This document shows, one piece after another, positions 55,047 through 64,000 of a stretch of 64,000 nucleotides of DNA. The stretch is from NCBI GenBank assembly GCA_039197515.1, contig JBCCUC010000004.1, positions 35,567 through 99,566 on the forward strand, given 5' to 3'. The notes below the pieces were generated by a model. That model did not search any database. It was given only the letters and a program-made list of their open reading frames with translations, and was not told the DNA's origin. This DNA is from Pseudomonadota bacterium. GTDB lineage: Bacteria; Pseudomonadota; Alphaproteobacteria; Rhodobacterales; Rhodobacteraceae. The first letter of the stretch is position 1. Every line of letters starts with the position of its first letter. A program made the translations under genes and the position numbers.

Positions 55047-55891
55047 TGGGCCAGCGCCAGTGCCGCGCGGGCAGCCTCTGCTTTGAGCGTGGCCCAATCC
55101 GGCACGTCGTTGTCCCATTCGACCAAGACCGGCATCGGCCCGGTCTGCGCCAGCGTATAGTCCAGCAGGGCCCAAACCGGGTCCACCACCGGCTTTCCAT
55201 GGCTGTCGATCAAGAGCGGCGCACCCGCATCATCCTCGTCCTCGTCATGCCCTCCGACATGCATTTCCCCCACCTTATCCGTGGGATAGGCATCAATGTA
55301 GGCGTGCGGGCTCAGGTTGAGATTGGTGGCGGAGATAAAGACGTTGTTGACATCCAGCAGCAGTCCACAGCCGGTGCGTTGGGTCAGCGCAGAGAGAAAC
55401 TCGGTCTCCGACAGCGTGCTCTCTTCGAATTTGAGGTAGCTCGACGGGTTCTCCAGCAGCATCTGGCGGCCCAGCACATCTTGAACTTCGTTGATGTGCG
55501 CCGCCACGCGGGAAAGGGTTTCAGGCGTATAGGGCAGCGGCAGCAGGTCGTTCATGAACTCCGCCCCGTGGGTCGACCAGGCCAGATGCTCCGAAAAGCT
55601 CGCCGGGTTGATCCAATCGCAGAGCTTTTTCAGCCGTGCTAGGTGCTCTTGGTCGAGGGGTGTCTCGCCTCCGATGGAGAGGCCGACGCCATGAACCGAG
55701 ATAGCAAATTGCTCAGACAGGGCCTGGAGTTGCGCGAGAGGGCGGCCCCCGTCGCCCATGTAGTTTTCGGCATGCACCTCAATCCAACTCACTGCCCCCG
55801 GATCGCGGCGCAGATCATTAAAATGCTGCGGCTTGTAACCGACGCCGGGGCCGTTGGGCAGGCGCGGGGAGGGGGGGGAGGTGTCGAGCAT
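55043..55891 (-). CDS. DUF692 multinuclear non-heme iron oxidative enzyme (MNIO, BufB-like)
   Basis: [45 protein letters not shown]. Confidence 0.95.
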   Translation of the reverse strand: MLDTSPPSPRLPNGPGVGYKPQHFNDLRRDPGAVSWIEVHAENYMGDGGRPLAQLQALSEQFAISVHGVGLSIGGETPLDQEHLARLKKLCDWINPASFSEHLAWSTHGAEFMNDLLPLPYTPETLSRVAAHINEVQDVLGRQMLLENPSSYLKFEESTLSETEFLSALTQRTGCGLLLDVNNVFISATNLNLSPHAYIDAYPTDKVGEMHVGGHDEDEDDAGAPLLIDSHGKPVVDPVWALLDYTLAQTGPMPVLVEWDNDVPDWATLKAEAARAALALAQ

Positions 55892-55920
55892 GGTGCCAGA
55901 ATACCTTCATGACAGGGTAT

Positions 55921-55945
55921 GCCGGACGGCATGACGCCGCCCGGC
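55921..55945 (-). terminator. Stem-loop between precursor and MNIO genes
   Basis: On the minus strand GCCGGGCGGC-GTCAT-GCCGTCCGGC (10 bp with one G-U pair), 9 nt after the precursor stop; no U-tract. Confidence 0.55.
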
Positions 55946-55954
55946 AACAGGAGT

Positions 55955-56260
55955 TTATGCAGGCAGGTCGCGGTCAAGCGCTTCCAAAGACCCTTGGCGC
56001 GGTGTGCCATCGGCCATCTGCGGCAGATCCATGGTCTCGCAGGTACCTGCGTCAACCAGTGTCCAGGCGTTGCCCTGGTAGTCCACCGTGGATGTCCCGG
56101 CGCAGGTTGTGCCCGGGCCCGCGGCGCAGTCATTGGCCCCCGCAACGGACACGCCGTAGCACTTTTCTTTCGACGCCGCCTCGGCCGTGGTTGTGCCATG
56201 GGCAGTCATTGCTGCGGCAACAGCGCCAGCGATGGCAACGGATTTCATTACGTTTGACAT
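55955..56260 (-). CDS. DUF2282 RiPP precursor (bufferin BufA1-like)
   Basis: GAGGAGG SD; Sec signal ending AEA; four Cys in EKCYG, NDC, TTCAG, GTC. Confidence 0.92.
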   Translation of the reverse strand: MSNVMKSVAIAGAVAAAMTAHGTTTAEAASKEKCYGVSVAGANDCAAGPGTTCAGTSTVDYQGNAWTLVDAGTCETMDLPQMADGTPRQGSLEALDRDLPA

Positions 56261-56425
56261 TGGTCATCCTCCTCAAAGGTTCATCAGTCGATGTGGGTAC
56301 AATAAAACACTGCGGTGCGCGTTTCGCCATTCACGAGCGAGTGTGTCACGTTCCTGTCAGTAAATAAGCAGGAATGTCGGCGGATGGCACCCGTTTTTGG
56401 CGAGATTTCGCTTCAATTGTTTCAG

Positions 56426-56459
56426 TTCACCGAAAGCGCGCCGAAACGCCTCCGGTGAA
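56426..56459 (-). terminator. Hairpin downstream of thrS
   Basis: Minus strand TTCACCGGAGGCG...CGCTTTCGGTGAA, 14 nt after the thrS stop; weak U-tract. Confidence 0.45.
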
Positions 56460-56473
56460 TTGTTACAATCCGT

Positions 56474-58420
56474 TCACGCGCGTAGGTCGGGCGGCGTGGC
56501 CTCTGCCGCTAATGTTACAGTGACCTCAGCCAGGGACTGCACGGAAGTTTGCTTTTCGCCCAAGCGCCGGACCGAGACGGTTTTGTCCTCAATCTCGCGC
56601 TGGCCCACCGCCAGGATCACCGGCACCTTGCCCACCGAGTGCTCGCGCACCTTATAGTTGATCTTTTCATTGCGGATATCGGCTTCGGCCTGCACCCCAG
56701 CGGCGCGCAGCGTCTCGACAACCTCATGCACATAGGCATCCGCCTCCGAGGTGATGGAGGCCACAACGACCTGCCGCGGGGCCAGCCAGAAGGGCAGCTT
56801 GCCCGCAAAGTTCTCAATCAAGATCCCGGTGAACCGCTCCAGCGAGCCAAAGAGCGCGCGGTGCAGCATCACGGGATGCTCTTTGCCGCCCCCTTGCGTG
56901 ACATAGGTGGTTCCAAAACGCTCCGGCAGGTTGAAATCGACCTGCAAGGTGCCGCACTGCCAGTCGCGGCCAATCGCGTCGCGCAGCACGTATTCAAGCT
57001 TCGGGCCGTAGAAAGCGCCTTCCCCCTCAAAGATGGTGTACGCATGCCCAGCTTGATCGAGCGCGGTGCGCAGCGCGCCTTCGGAAAGGTCCCAGCTATC
57101 ATCGCTGCCGATCCGTTTTTCGGGCCGGGTGGAGAGTTTGATCGCCACATCCTCAAAGCCAAAGTCGCGATAGACCGACAGGATCAGCGCGTTCACCTTG
57201 AGGCATTCCTCGGTGAGCTGTTCGGGCGTGCAGTAAATATGCGCGTCGTCTTGGGTAAAGCTGCGCACCCGTAGGAGACCGTGCAGGGCACCCGACGGCT
57301 CATACCGATGCACCTTGCCAAACTCCGAGATCTTCAGCGGCAGGTCGCGATAGCTTTTCACCCCTTGGCCGTAGATCAGCATGTGCCCGGGGCAGTTCAT
57401 TGGCTTGAGCGCGTAATCCCGGTCATCATGGGTTTTGGCCAGGAACATGTTGTCCATGTAGTTGAACCAATGGCCCGAGGTCTCCCACAACGCGCGGTCC
57501 ATGATGTCAGGCGAGTTCACCTCGACATAGCCCGCCGCGTCTTGACGCCGCCGCATGTAGCCGATGAGGTTTTGAAACATGCGCCAGCCCGGCGGATGCC
57601 AAAAGACCGACCCGGGGGCTACTTCTTCAAAATGGAACAGCCCCATCTCGCGGCCCAGCCTGCGGTGGTCGCGTTTCTCTGCCTCTTCGAGGAAGTTTAG
57701 ATGCGCGCGCAGCTTTTCCTTGCCGGTAAAGGCCACGCCGTAGATGCGCTGCAACATCGCGCGATCCGAATCGCCGCGCCAATAGGCACCGGCGACACTC
57801 ATCAGCTTAAAGGCATCCGCAGGGACTTGCCCGGTGTGCTGCAGGTGCGGGCCGCGGCAGAGGTCTTGCCAAAGGCCGTGCCAGTACATGCGCAGGGGCT
57901 CATCTCCGGGGATCGCCTCGATTAGCTCGACTTTATAGGGCTCATCATTGTCGGTGTAGAACTGGATCGCGCGGGCGCGGTCCCAGACCTCGGTGCGCAC
58001 TGGATCACGCAGATTGATGATCTCCTTCATCTTTTTCTCGATGAGGCCGAGGTCTTCGGGGGTGAAGGGCTCCGCCCGGTCGAAATCATAATACCAGCCG
58101 TGCTTGATCACCGGGCCGATGGTCACCTTGGTGTCGGGCCAGATCTCTTGCACCGCGCGGGCCATGATATGCGCCAGATCATGGCGCACCAGCTCATTGG
58201 CCTGCTCTTCATCGGCCATGGTGTGGATCGCGATGTTGGCATCTGCCTCAATCGGCCAGGCCAGATCGTAATGCGCGCCGTTCACCGTCGCGCTGATCGC
58301 CTTTTTGCCTAAGGATTTGGAGATATCCGCCGCCACGTCTCCGGCCGTCACGCTAGATGCGTAATTGCGTTGATTGCCGTCGGGAAGGGTAAGGGTGATG
58401 CCAGCATCTTTTGGGGCCAT
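56474..58420 (-). CDS. thrS: Threonine--tRNA ligase
   Basis: TGS and editing domain (RHDLAH, DLCRGPH), [37 protein letters not shown]. Confidence 0.97.
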   Translation of the reverse strand: MAPKDAGITLTLPDGNQRNYASSVTAGDVAADISKSLGKKAISATVNGAHYDLAWPIEADANIAIHTMADEEQANELVRHDLAHIMARAVQEIWPDTKVTIGPVIKHGWYYDFDRAEPFTPEDLGLIEKKMKEIINLRDPVRTEVWDRARAIQFYTDNDEPYKVELIEAIPGDEPLRMYWHGLWQDLCRGPHLQHTGQVPADAFKLMSVAGAYWRGDSDRAMLQRIYGVAFTGKEKLRAHLNFLEEAEKRDHRRLGREMGLFHFEEVAPGSVFWHPPGWRMFQNLIGYMRRRQDAAGYVEVNSPDIMDRALWETSGHWFNYMDNMFLAKTHDDRDYALKPMNCPGHMLIYGQGVKSYRDLPLKISEFGKVHRYEPSGALHGLLRVRSFTQDDAHIYCTPEQLTEECLKVNALILSVYRDFGFEDVAIKLSTRPEKRIGSDDSWDLSEGALRTALDQAGHAYTIFEGEGAFYGPKLEYVLRDAIGRDWQCGTLQVDFNLPERFGTTYVTQGGGKEHPVMLHRALFGSLERFTGILIENFAGKLPFWLAPRQVVVASITSEADAYVHEVVETLRAAGVQAEADIRNEKINYKVREHSVGKVPVILAVGQREIEDKTVSVRRLGEKQTSVQSLAEVTVTLAAEATPPDLRA

Positions 58421-58505
58421 GGGGGCCTCCTCGTCAGTTTGGCGCCCACGAGACGCCCGGTTGCGGGTTATGATGCGCGGTGTTTGACGCCTGCGGGCGG
58501 CTGCG

Positions 58506-59681
58506 TCAAGAGGTGGCCGCGGGGGCCGGGCTCAGCCGTGACGAAATCACCAGATGCAAGAGGGCGATCCCCGCGCCAGTGCCCGCCGCAAGCCCGAGCG
58601 CGCGGTATCCGAAGCTTTCGATGACCATCGCCCCGATGGCCGAGCCGACGGCAGCGCCGATGTAGATCGCCGCGGCATTGAGCGCCAAGACCACGGGCGC
58701 TTGCGGACCCGCAAGCCCGATCAAACGCACCTGTTGGCCCGCCATGAAGGACCAGCCAAAGAGCGCCCAGATGACGCAGAGTGCCGCAACCATCGGCGTG
58801 GACATCGGCAGCAGGGAAAAGAACGGCATGATGAGCATCTGCATGGCGCAGAGGCCAATGAGCGTGGCGCGCCAGCCAAAGCGGTCCGCCAACACGCCGC
58901 CCATGATGTTGCCGCCCACGGCCCCAAGGCCAAACATGACAAGCATCACCGCGATGCCGTCCCGCTCAAAGCCCATGCTGAGGCTGAGGAGTGGCGCGAT
59001 ATAGGTGTAGAGCACGTAGATCGCGCCCAGAAAGCTCGCCGTGAACATCACCGCCAGCATCATGCGCGCCTGCGACAGCACCTCGCGAAGATCGCTGAGC
59101 GCCACGGGTTGGAATTTGAGCCCCGCCGGGACCCGCTGCCACAAAAGCACGGCAAGCGGCAGGCTGAGCGCGGCGACGAGCCAGAAGGTCCACCGCCAGC
59201 CAAACGTGTAGGCGATCCAACTGCCCACCGGCACACCGATCACTTGGCTGAGCGTGAGGCCAAAAAAGACCGCCGCCAGAACCTTGGCGCGCTGCGCTTC
59301 GGGGTAGAGCGCGGCGGCGACGGCGGCAGCGATGGGGGTGAAGAGGCCCGCCCCAGCAGCCGCGACCACCCGCCCGATGTTGAGCACTGTGAAAGAGGGC
59401 GCAATGGCAGAAATCGCGGCAGCCAGCCCAACAAGCGCGATGGCAAGGGTCAGTACCCGCCGCCGCCCGATTTGACCCGTGAGCGCCACCAGGATCGGCG
59501 ACAGCACCGCATAGGCCAGCGCGTAAACTGTGAGCAGCATCCCCGTGCTCGCCGGTGAACGGTTCAGATCATCGCCCAACGGCTCCAAGATGCCCACGAT
59601 GGCGAACCCGGCGATGCCGATGACAAAGTTCCCAACGGAGAACAGAGAGATGAGGTGAGGTGAGGGCGTGGTTTCGGTCAT
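58506..59681 (-). CDS. MFS transporter (DHA1, NepI/AraJ-like)
   Basis: [37 protein letters not shown]. Confidence 0.9.
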   Translation of the reverse strand: MTETTPSPHLISLFSVGNFVIGIAGFAIVGILEPLGDDLNRSPASTGMLLTVYALAYAVLSPILVALTGQIGRRRVLTLAIALVGLAAAISAIAPSFTVLNIGRVVAAAGAGLFTPIAAAVAAALYPEAQRAKVLAAVFFGLTLSQVIGVPVGSWIAYTFGWRWTFWLVAALSLPLAVLLWQRVPAGLKFQPVALSDLREVLSQARMMLAVMFTASFLGAIYVLYTYIAPLLSLSMGFERDGIAVMLVMFGLGAVGGNIMGGVLADRFGWRATLIGLCAMQMLIMPFFSLLPMSTPMVAALCVIWALFGWSFMAGQQVRLIGLAGPQAPVVLALNAAAIYIGAAVGSAIGAMVIESFGYRALGLAAGTGAGIALLHLVISSRLSPAPAATS

Positions 59682-59849
59682 ACGCAAAGGATAGCGTAGC
59701 TGTGCCGAAGCGCAATCACCCGTCAAGAGCCGGACACCGATCCGCACTCACGCGCATGGCCCGCATCGCGAGCCCGGCCCCTTGCGTGATTGATGCCTTG
59801 TGAAGATCAATGCCAAGGCGCATGATCGCGCAACGACGGAGGGCAGAGC

Positions 59850-60596
59850 GTGCCAGCAGCATTCCTGGAAACCGCAGAAGGCCGCCGTTTGGCCTATCAC
59901 CGCACTGAAGGACGCGGCCCCTGGGTGGTGTTCTTGGGCGGTCTGATGTCCGATATGACGGGCACCAAAGCTGTCTATCTCGAAGACTGGGCGCGCCGCG
60001 AAGGCCGCGCTTTTTTGCGGTTCGACTATTCGGGGCACGGCGAGTCCTCCGGTGCCTTTACCGACGGCTGCATTGGCGATTGGGCGGCGGACACCCGCGC
60101 GGCAGTGGCGACGCTGACCGAGGGGCCGATCATCGCGGTGGGCTCCTCCATGGGCGGCTGGCAAGCGCTTCTCCTGGCCCGGCACATGCCTGAGCGCATC
60201 GGTGGCATGGTCACCATCGCCGCCGCACCAGATTTCACAGAAGATGGCTATTGGGCCAACTTCAGCGCCGCCGAGCGGGAGACGTTGGAGCGTGAGGGGC
60301 GGGTAGAGGTGCCTTCCGACTACATGGCGCCCTACGAGATCACCAAACGCATGATCGAGGACGGCCGCGCACAGCTTGTGCTGCGCGCGCCGCTGCCGCT
60401 GCCATTTCCGGTGCGGTTTCTGCAAGGCACGGCGGATACGGCTGTGAGCGTGGCGACTGCGGTCCGGCTGTTGGAGCATGCCGAGGGGCCGGACATGCAA
60501 TTGCGGTTGGTCAAGGATGCCGATCATCGGTTCTCGGATGAGCCTTGCCTTGGGTTGCTTGAAAAAGCCCTGTCAGAGGTGTTGCGCGCGTGTTGA
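59850..60596 (+). CDS. Alpha/beta hydrolase (ABHD10-like)
   Basis: G..SDM.GTKA, RFDYSGHGES, GSSMGG, DHRFS. Confidence 0.9.
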   Translation: MPAAFLETAEGRRLAYHRTEGRGPWVVFLGGLMSDMTGTKAVYLEDWARREGRAFLRFDYSGHGESSGAFTDGCIGDWAADTRAAVATLTEGPIIAVGSSMGGWQALLLARHMPERIGGMVTIAAAPDFTEDGYWANFSAAERETLEREGRVEVPSDYMAPYEITKRMIEDGRAQLVLRAPLPLPFPVRFLQGTADTAVSVATAVRLLEHAEGPDMQLRLVKDADHRFSDEPCLGLLEKALSEVLRAC

Positions 60597-61552
60597 GAAA
60601 GGTGCTGTTTCTGCTGGGGGCGCTCATCGCTCTGCTCTTCGCTTTTGGGCCCTACGAAGAGGGCGATGTGTCGGTGGATTTCGACCCATCGGTGCTGGCC
60701 GAGGGGGTGGAGGCCTATTTCACGGCGCAAGAGGCCGAGGTCTCGGGCATCACGCCGGGCGTCGAAAAACAGGTCATCTGGTTTGGTGCGCCAGAGGCTG
60801 AAACCGATTGGGCGGTCCTCTACATCCACGGCTTTTCTGCCACTGCGCAAGAGATCCGGCCGGTGCCCGATCTGGTGGCCGAGGCGCTCGAGGCCAATCT
60901 GATCTACACGCGTCTCACCGGCCACGGGCGCGATGGCCCGGCCCTGGGCGAGGCGCGGGTCTCGGACTGGATGCGCGACGTTGCCGAAGGGTTGGCCGCC
61001 GCCCGGCAGATCGGCAAACGCACCCTGGTGCTCAGTGTCTCTACCGGTGGCACTCTGGCCGCGGCGGCGGCGCTCGACCCCGCGCTGGCCCAGGACATCG
61101 GGGGGATTGTCTTTCTGTCCCCGAACTTCGGCATCAACTCGCCGCTCGCCCCGCTGCTGACCCTGCCCGCAGCGCGTCTGTGGCTGCCGCGCTTGGCCGG
61201 ACGGGAGCGCAGCTTTGCCCCGCAGAACGACGCCCAGGCGACCTACTGGACCACGCGTTATCCCAGCGTCGCGGTTTTGACCCTGGCCGCCTTGGTCAAA
61301 ACCGTGGCCAAGCTCGACTTTGAGGATGCAGCGCTTCCCGCCCTTTTCATCTATTCAGAGGCGGACACGGTCGTCCGGCCGGATCTGACACAGGCGGTCG
61401 CACGAAAATGGGGCGGGCCGGTCTCGGTCGTGACCCCAGAGCTCACCGCAGCCGATGACCCCGCGCGCCACGTCTTGGCGGGTGAGATCATGTCGCCGGG
61501 GCAAACTGCACCCACGGTTGAGGCAATCCTCGCCTGGGCCGGGCGGCTTTAA
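60590..61552 (+). CDS. Membrane-anchored alpha/beta hydrolase (esterase/lysophospholipase-like)
   Basis: N-terminal hydrophobic anchor, YIHGFS, SVSTGG nucleophile elbow, D.VV, HVLAG. Confidence 0.85.
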   Translation: MLRKVLFLLGALIALLFAFGPYEEGDVSVDFDPSVLAEGVEAYFTAQEAEVSGITPGVEKQVIWFGAPEAETDWAVLYIHGFSATAQEIRPVPDLVAEALEANLIYTRLTGHGRDGPALGEARVSDWMRDVAEGLAAARQIGKRTLVLSVSTGGTLAAAAALDPALAQDIGGIVFLSPNFGINSPLAPLLTLPAARLWLPRLAGRERSFAPQNDAQATYWTTRYPSVAVLTLAALVKTVAKLDFEDAALPALFIYSEADTVVRPDLTQAVARKWGGPVSVVTPELTAADDPARHVLAGEIMSPGQTAPTVEAILAWAGRL

Positions 61553-61980
61553 TGCAACAGCGGGTGTCTCTGATCACATTGGGCGCGCGGGATGCGGCAG
61601 AGCTGGCGCGGTTTTATGACGCTTTGGGATGGGCGCGGGTGGAAACTCAGGACGGCGTGATCGCCTATGACCTATTGAGCCAGACGCTTGGCCTCTATCC
61701 GATTGATAAGCTTGCAGAAGACATCGGTGTCCCCGCGGGGACACTTGGCCACGGCGCGATGACACTAGGCTATAACGTACGCCAGAAAAGCGAGGTGGCA
61801 GAGGTTCTCGCGCGCGTGCCTGCCGCGGGCGGTCGCGTGCTCAAAGCCGCGACAGACGTCTTTTGGGGCGGGCACCACGGCTATTTCCAAGACCCCGAAG
61901 GCCACATTTGGGAAGTGGCGCACAACCCTTTCTCACCGCTCAGGGACGACGGCGCGTTTTGCTGGAACGGATTTCACTGA
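61552..61980 (+). CDS. VOC (glyoxalase/bleomycin resistance) family protein
   Basis: VSLITLG, FYDALGW, FWGG..GYF.DPEGH.WEVAHNP. Confidence 0.9.
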   Translation: MQQRVSLITLGARDAAELARFYDALGWARVETQDGVIAYDLLSQTLGLYPIDKLAEDIGVPAGTLGHGAMTLGYNVRQKSEVAEVLARVPAAGGRVLKAATDVFWGGHHGYFQDPEGHIWEVAHNPFSPLRDDGAFCWNGFH

Positions 61981-62621
61981 TGCGCCCGCCGCGCAGCATG
62001 TGGAGCCTTGAGACCTTTGGCCGACAACGCCTTTCGAAATACTTCTTCATGCGCGACTTTCTTTACTCGGAGATCTCGGGTTTTCACGGCATCCCCAACG
62101 TGCCGGTGAACCCGGATCTCGCGCTTGAAAACGGCCGCGCGTTCTGCCGGGCGCTTCTTGACCCGCTCGAAGAGACATTTGGCCGGATCGCTGTGCGCTC
62201 CGGCTACCGCGCGCCCAGCCTGAACCAATACGGCAATGAGAATCGCCTCAATTGCGCGCGCAACACTCATCCGCTGGAATGCCACATCTGGGACCGCGGT
62301 GCGGGACCAGAAGCCATCGCGGGGGCCTCAATTGTGATCCCTTGGTTTGCCGATCAATACGAGCGGGGGCGCGACTGGCGCGACCTGGCCTGGTGGATGC
62401 ACGATCACCTGAACTACTCAGAGATCTGGTTCTTTCCCAAATTGGCTGCCTTCAACCTCGCTTGGCGGCCCAAACCCTGGCGCACCATATCCAGCTACAT
62501 CGCACCACGGGGGACGCTCTTGCGCAAAAGCGAAGAGCCCTCGGAGAGGCGCGATGAGCGCGCGGCGCGCTACGCGGATTTTCCGCCGTTTCGAGGCCAT
62601 ATTCCGCCCGCGCTGCCATAG
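61980..62621 (+). CDS. Hypothetical protein, peptidase M15A-like fold
   Basis: RLSKYF.MRDFL.SE, N.P, LLDPL...FG.I..RSGYR...N, HIWD. Confidence 0.7.
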   Translation: MRPPRSMWSLETFGRQRLSKYFFMRDFLYSEISGFHGIPNVPVNPDLALENGRAFCRALLDPLEETFGRIAVRSGYRAPSLNQYGNENRLNCARNTHPLECHIWDRGAGPEAIAGASIVIPWFADQYERGRDWRDLAWWMHDHLNYSEIWFFPKLAAFNLAWRPKPWRTISSYIAPRGTLLRKSEEPSERRDERAARYADFPPFRGHIPPALP

Positions 62622-62678
62622 GCTGTTGCGGGGGCACATGGCGCTGGATATAGACAGCGCGCGCAGCATCGCGAGGGG

Positions 62679-63398
62679 GTGGTTGTGATACGTGAGCCGC
62701 TGGTCTTATTGCCGGGCATGATGTGCGACGCCCGGCTTTTTGGCCCGCAGATTGCTGAGCTCTCTGCAGAGATGGCGGTGATGGTGGCCCCGATCACGCG
62801 CGGGGAGCGCATCGAGGAAATTGCGTCCGGATTGCTCGACCTGCTGCCCGCGCGGTTCGCCCTCGCCGGGCTCTCCATGGGGGGCATCGTCGCGATGGAG
62901 ATCCTGCGGCGTGCGCCCGACCGGGTATCGCGTATCGCGTTGATGGACACAAATCCGCTGGCCGAAACGCCAGTTGTTGCTGCCAACCGCGAGCCGCAGA
63001 TCGTGAAAGCACGGGCCGGGCGGTTGATGGAGGTCATGCGCGAGGAGATGAAGCCCAACTACCTCGCGCCCGGACCGCAACGCGATGACGTGCTAGATTT
63101 GGTGATGGACATGGCCGCGTCTCTTGGCCCTGAGGTGTTCATCCGGCAATCGCGCGCGCTGCAACGCAGGCGCGACCAACAGGCGGTCTTGCGCAAGTGC
63201 CGGGTGCCCACGCTTGTGCTCTGCGGGGCGTATGATCAACTTTGCCCGGTCAAGCGACACAGCTTCATGGCTGAGCTTATTCCCTATGCCGAACTGGCGG
63301 TGATGGAGCATTCGGGCCATCTGCCGACGCTGGAGCAGCCGTCGGCAACCACGGACGTGCTGCGCACGTGGATGCAGCAGCCGCTTGTTTTGCAGTGA
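62679..63398 (+). CDS. Alpha/beta fold hydrolase
   Basis: LLPGMMCD, GLSMGG, G..D..CP, GHLPTLE.P. Confidence 0.9.
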   Translation: MVVIREPLVLLPGMMCDARLFGPQIAELSAEMAVMVAPITRGERIEEIASGLLDLLPARFALAGLSMGGIVAMEILRRAPDRVSRIALMDTNPLAETPVVAANREPQIVKARAGRLMEVMREEMKPNYLAPGPQRDDVLDLVMDMAASLGPEVFIRQSRALQRRRDQQAVLRKCRVPTLVLCGAYDQLCPVKRHSFMAELIPYAELAVMEHSGHLPTLEQPSATTDVLRTWMQQPLVLQ

Positions 63399-63523
63399 AA
63401 TGATCCCGTTACGCCGAGTGCGGGCCATCCGGGCGCGCCGGAGTGGCAAGAAGGCGCGGGGCTGACAGGCACTCCAAGCCACGCGCGCAGAAGGAGCGGG
63501 CAATATGTTCAGTGCCCTAGAGC

Positions 63524-63574
63524 TTTCGGTATCCACAGCGTTTCGGTATCAACAGCGTTTCGGTTTCAACCTGT
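63524..63574. repeat. Three degenerate 17-bp tandem repeats
   Basis: TTTCGGTATCCACAGCG / TTTCGGTATCAACAGCG / TTTCGGTTTCAACCTGT. Confidence 0.75.
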
Positions 63575-63651
63575 ATCGCCAATACACTGGCGCGCTCCGC
63601 GCTCTCGTGACATCGGCGATATGTAATGCGTTAGGTTAATGCCGACACGCT

Positions 63652-64000
63652 TTAATCGCCTGACTTGCGCGCCGCGGCAGGTTTCGCTTCAGCCGCGGCG
63701 TTCTTGTTGGCGGGCTTTTTCTTGCGAAAACCGGGAGGGGTCTGTTTTTCATTGTCGTCAATGAAATCGAGCACCAGTGGACGGATGTTGTTGCGCCAAC
63801 TCTTGCCTGCGAAGATCCCGTAATGGCCTGCGCCCTCTTCGAGGTGGCTCGCCTTTTTCTCTTCCGGCAGTCCGGTCAAAAGGCCCAGGGCGGCAACGCA
63901 CTGGCCCGGGGCTGAGATATCATCTTTTGTCCCCTCGACGGTTTTGACCGCGACGGTGGTGATCTTGCCGATGTCGACGTGCTTGCCGTTCACGGTAAAG
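63652..64000 (-). CDS. phaZ: Intracellular polyhydroxyalkanoate depolymerase (3' part; starts outside the window)
   Basis: TVEG..DDIS.PGQ..AA and GHYGIF.G..W...I.P catalytic Asp/His motifs. Confidence 0.85.
   Translation of the reverse strand, partial: FTVNGKHVDIGKITTVAVKTVEGTKDDISAPGQCVAALGLLTGLPEEKKASHLEEGAGHYGIFAGKSWRNNIRPLVLDFIDDNEKQTPPGFRKKKPANKNAAAEAKPAAARKSGD

Overview
A gene-dense, GC-rich chromosomal window from a marine Roseobacter-group alphaproteobacterium (Rhodobacterales); the taxonomy is inferred from gene content and order. Core housekeeping genes include yebC, ppk1/ppx, hdaA, proS, lolE/lolD, parE, aatA, sdhE, gloA, thyX, cspA, thrS and a partial phaZ. Catabolic modules are a betICBA choline/choline-O-sulfate operon with a BetI operator and a 1-nt frameshift in betA, a propionyl-CoA assimilation cluster (pccB, pccA, methylmalonyl-CoA mutase) next to a truncated PccR/ScfR-type regulator, and a DddL-type DMSP lyase. 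The most notable loci are (i) a four-gene MNIO RiPP cluster of the bufferin type (DUF2282 precursor, DUF692, DUF2063, DoxX; 53749-56260) and (ii) a Slam/DUF560 outer-membrane translocon paired with a TbpB-barrel-like surface lipoprotein (49372-51785), followed by gloA, two secreted vWA-like DUF1194 genes and a YHS protein. Other oddities are a possibly mosaic thrS, a low-GC orphan gene after parE, several intergenic palindromes and tandem repeats, and small proteins. I saw no rRNA, tRNA, CRISPR array, transposase or prophage gene. All product calls come from motif recognition by eye, not database searches.
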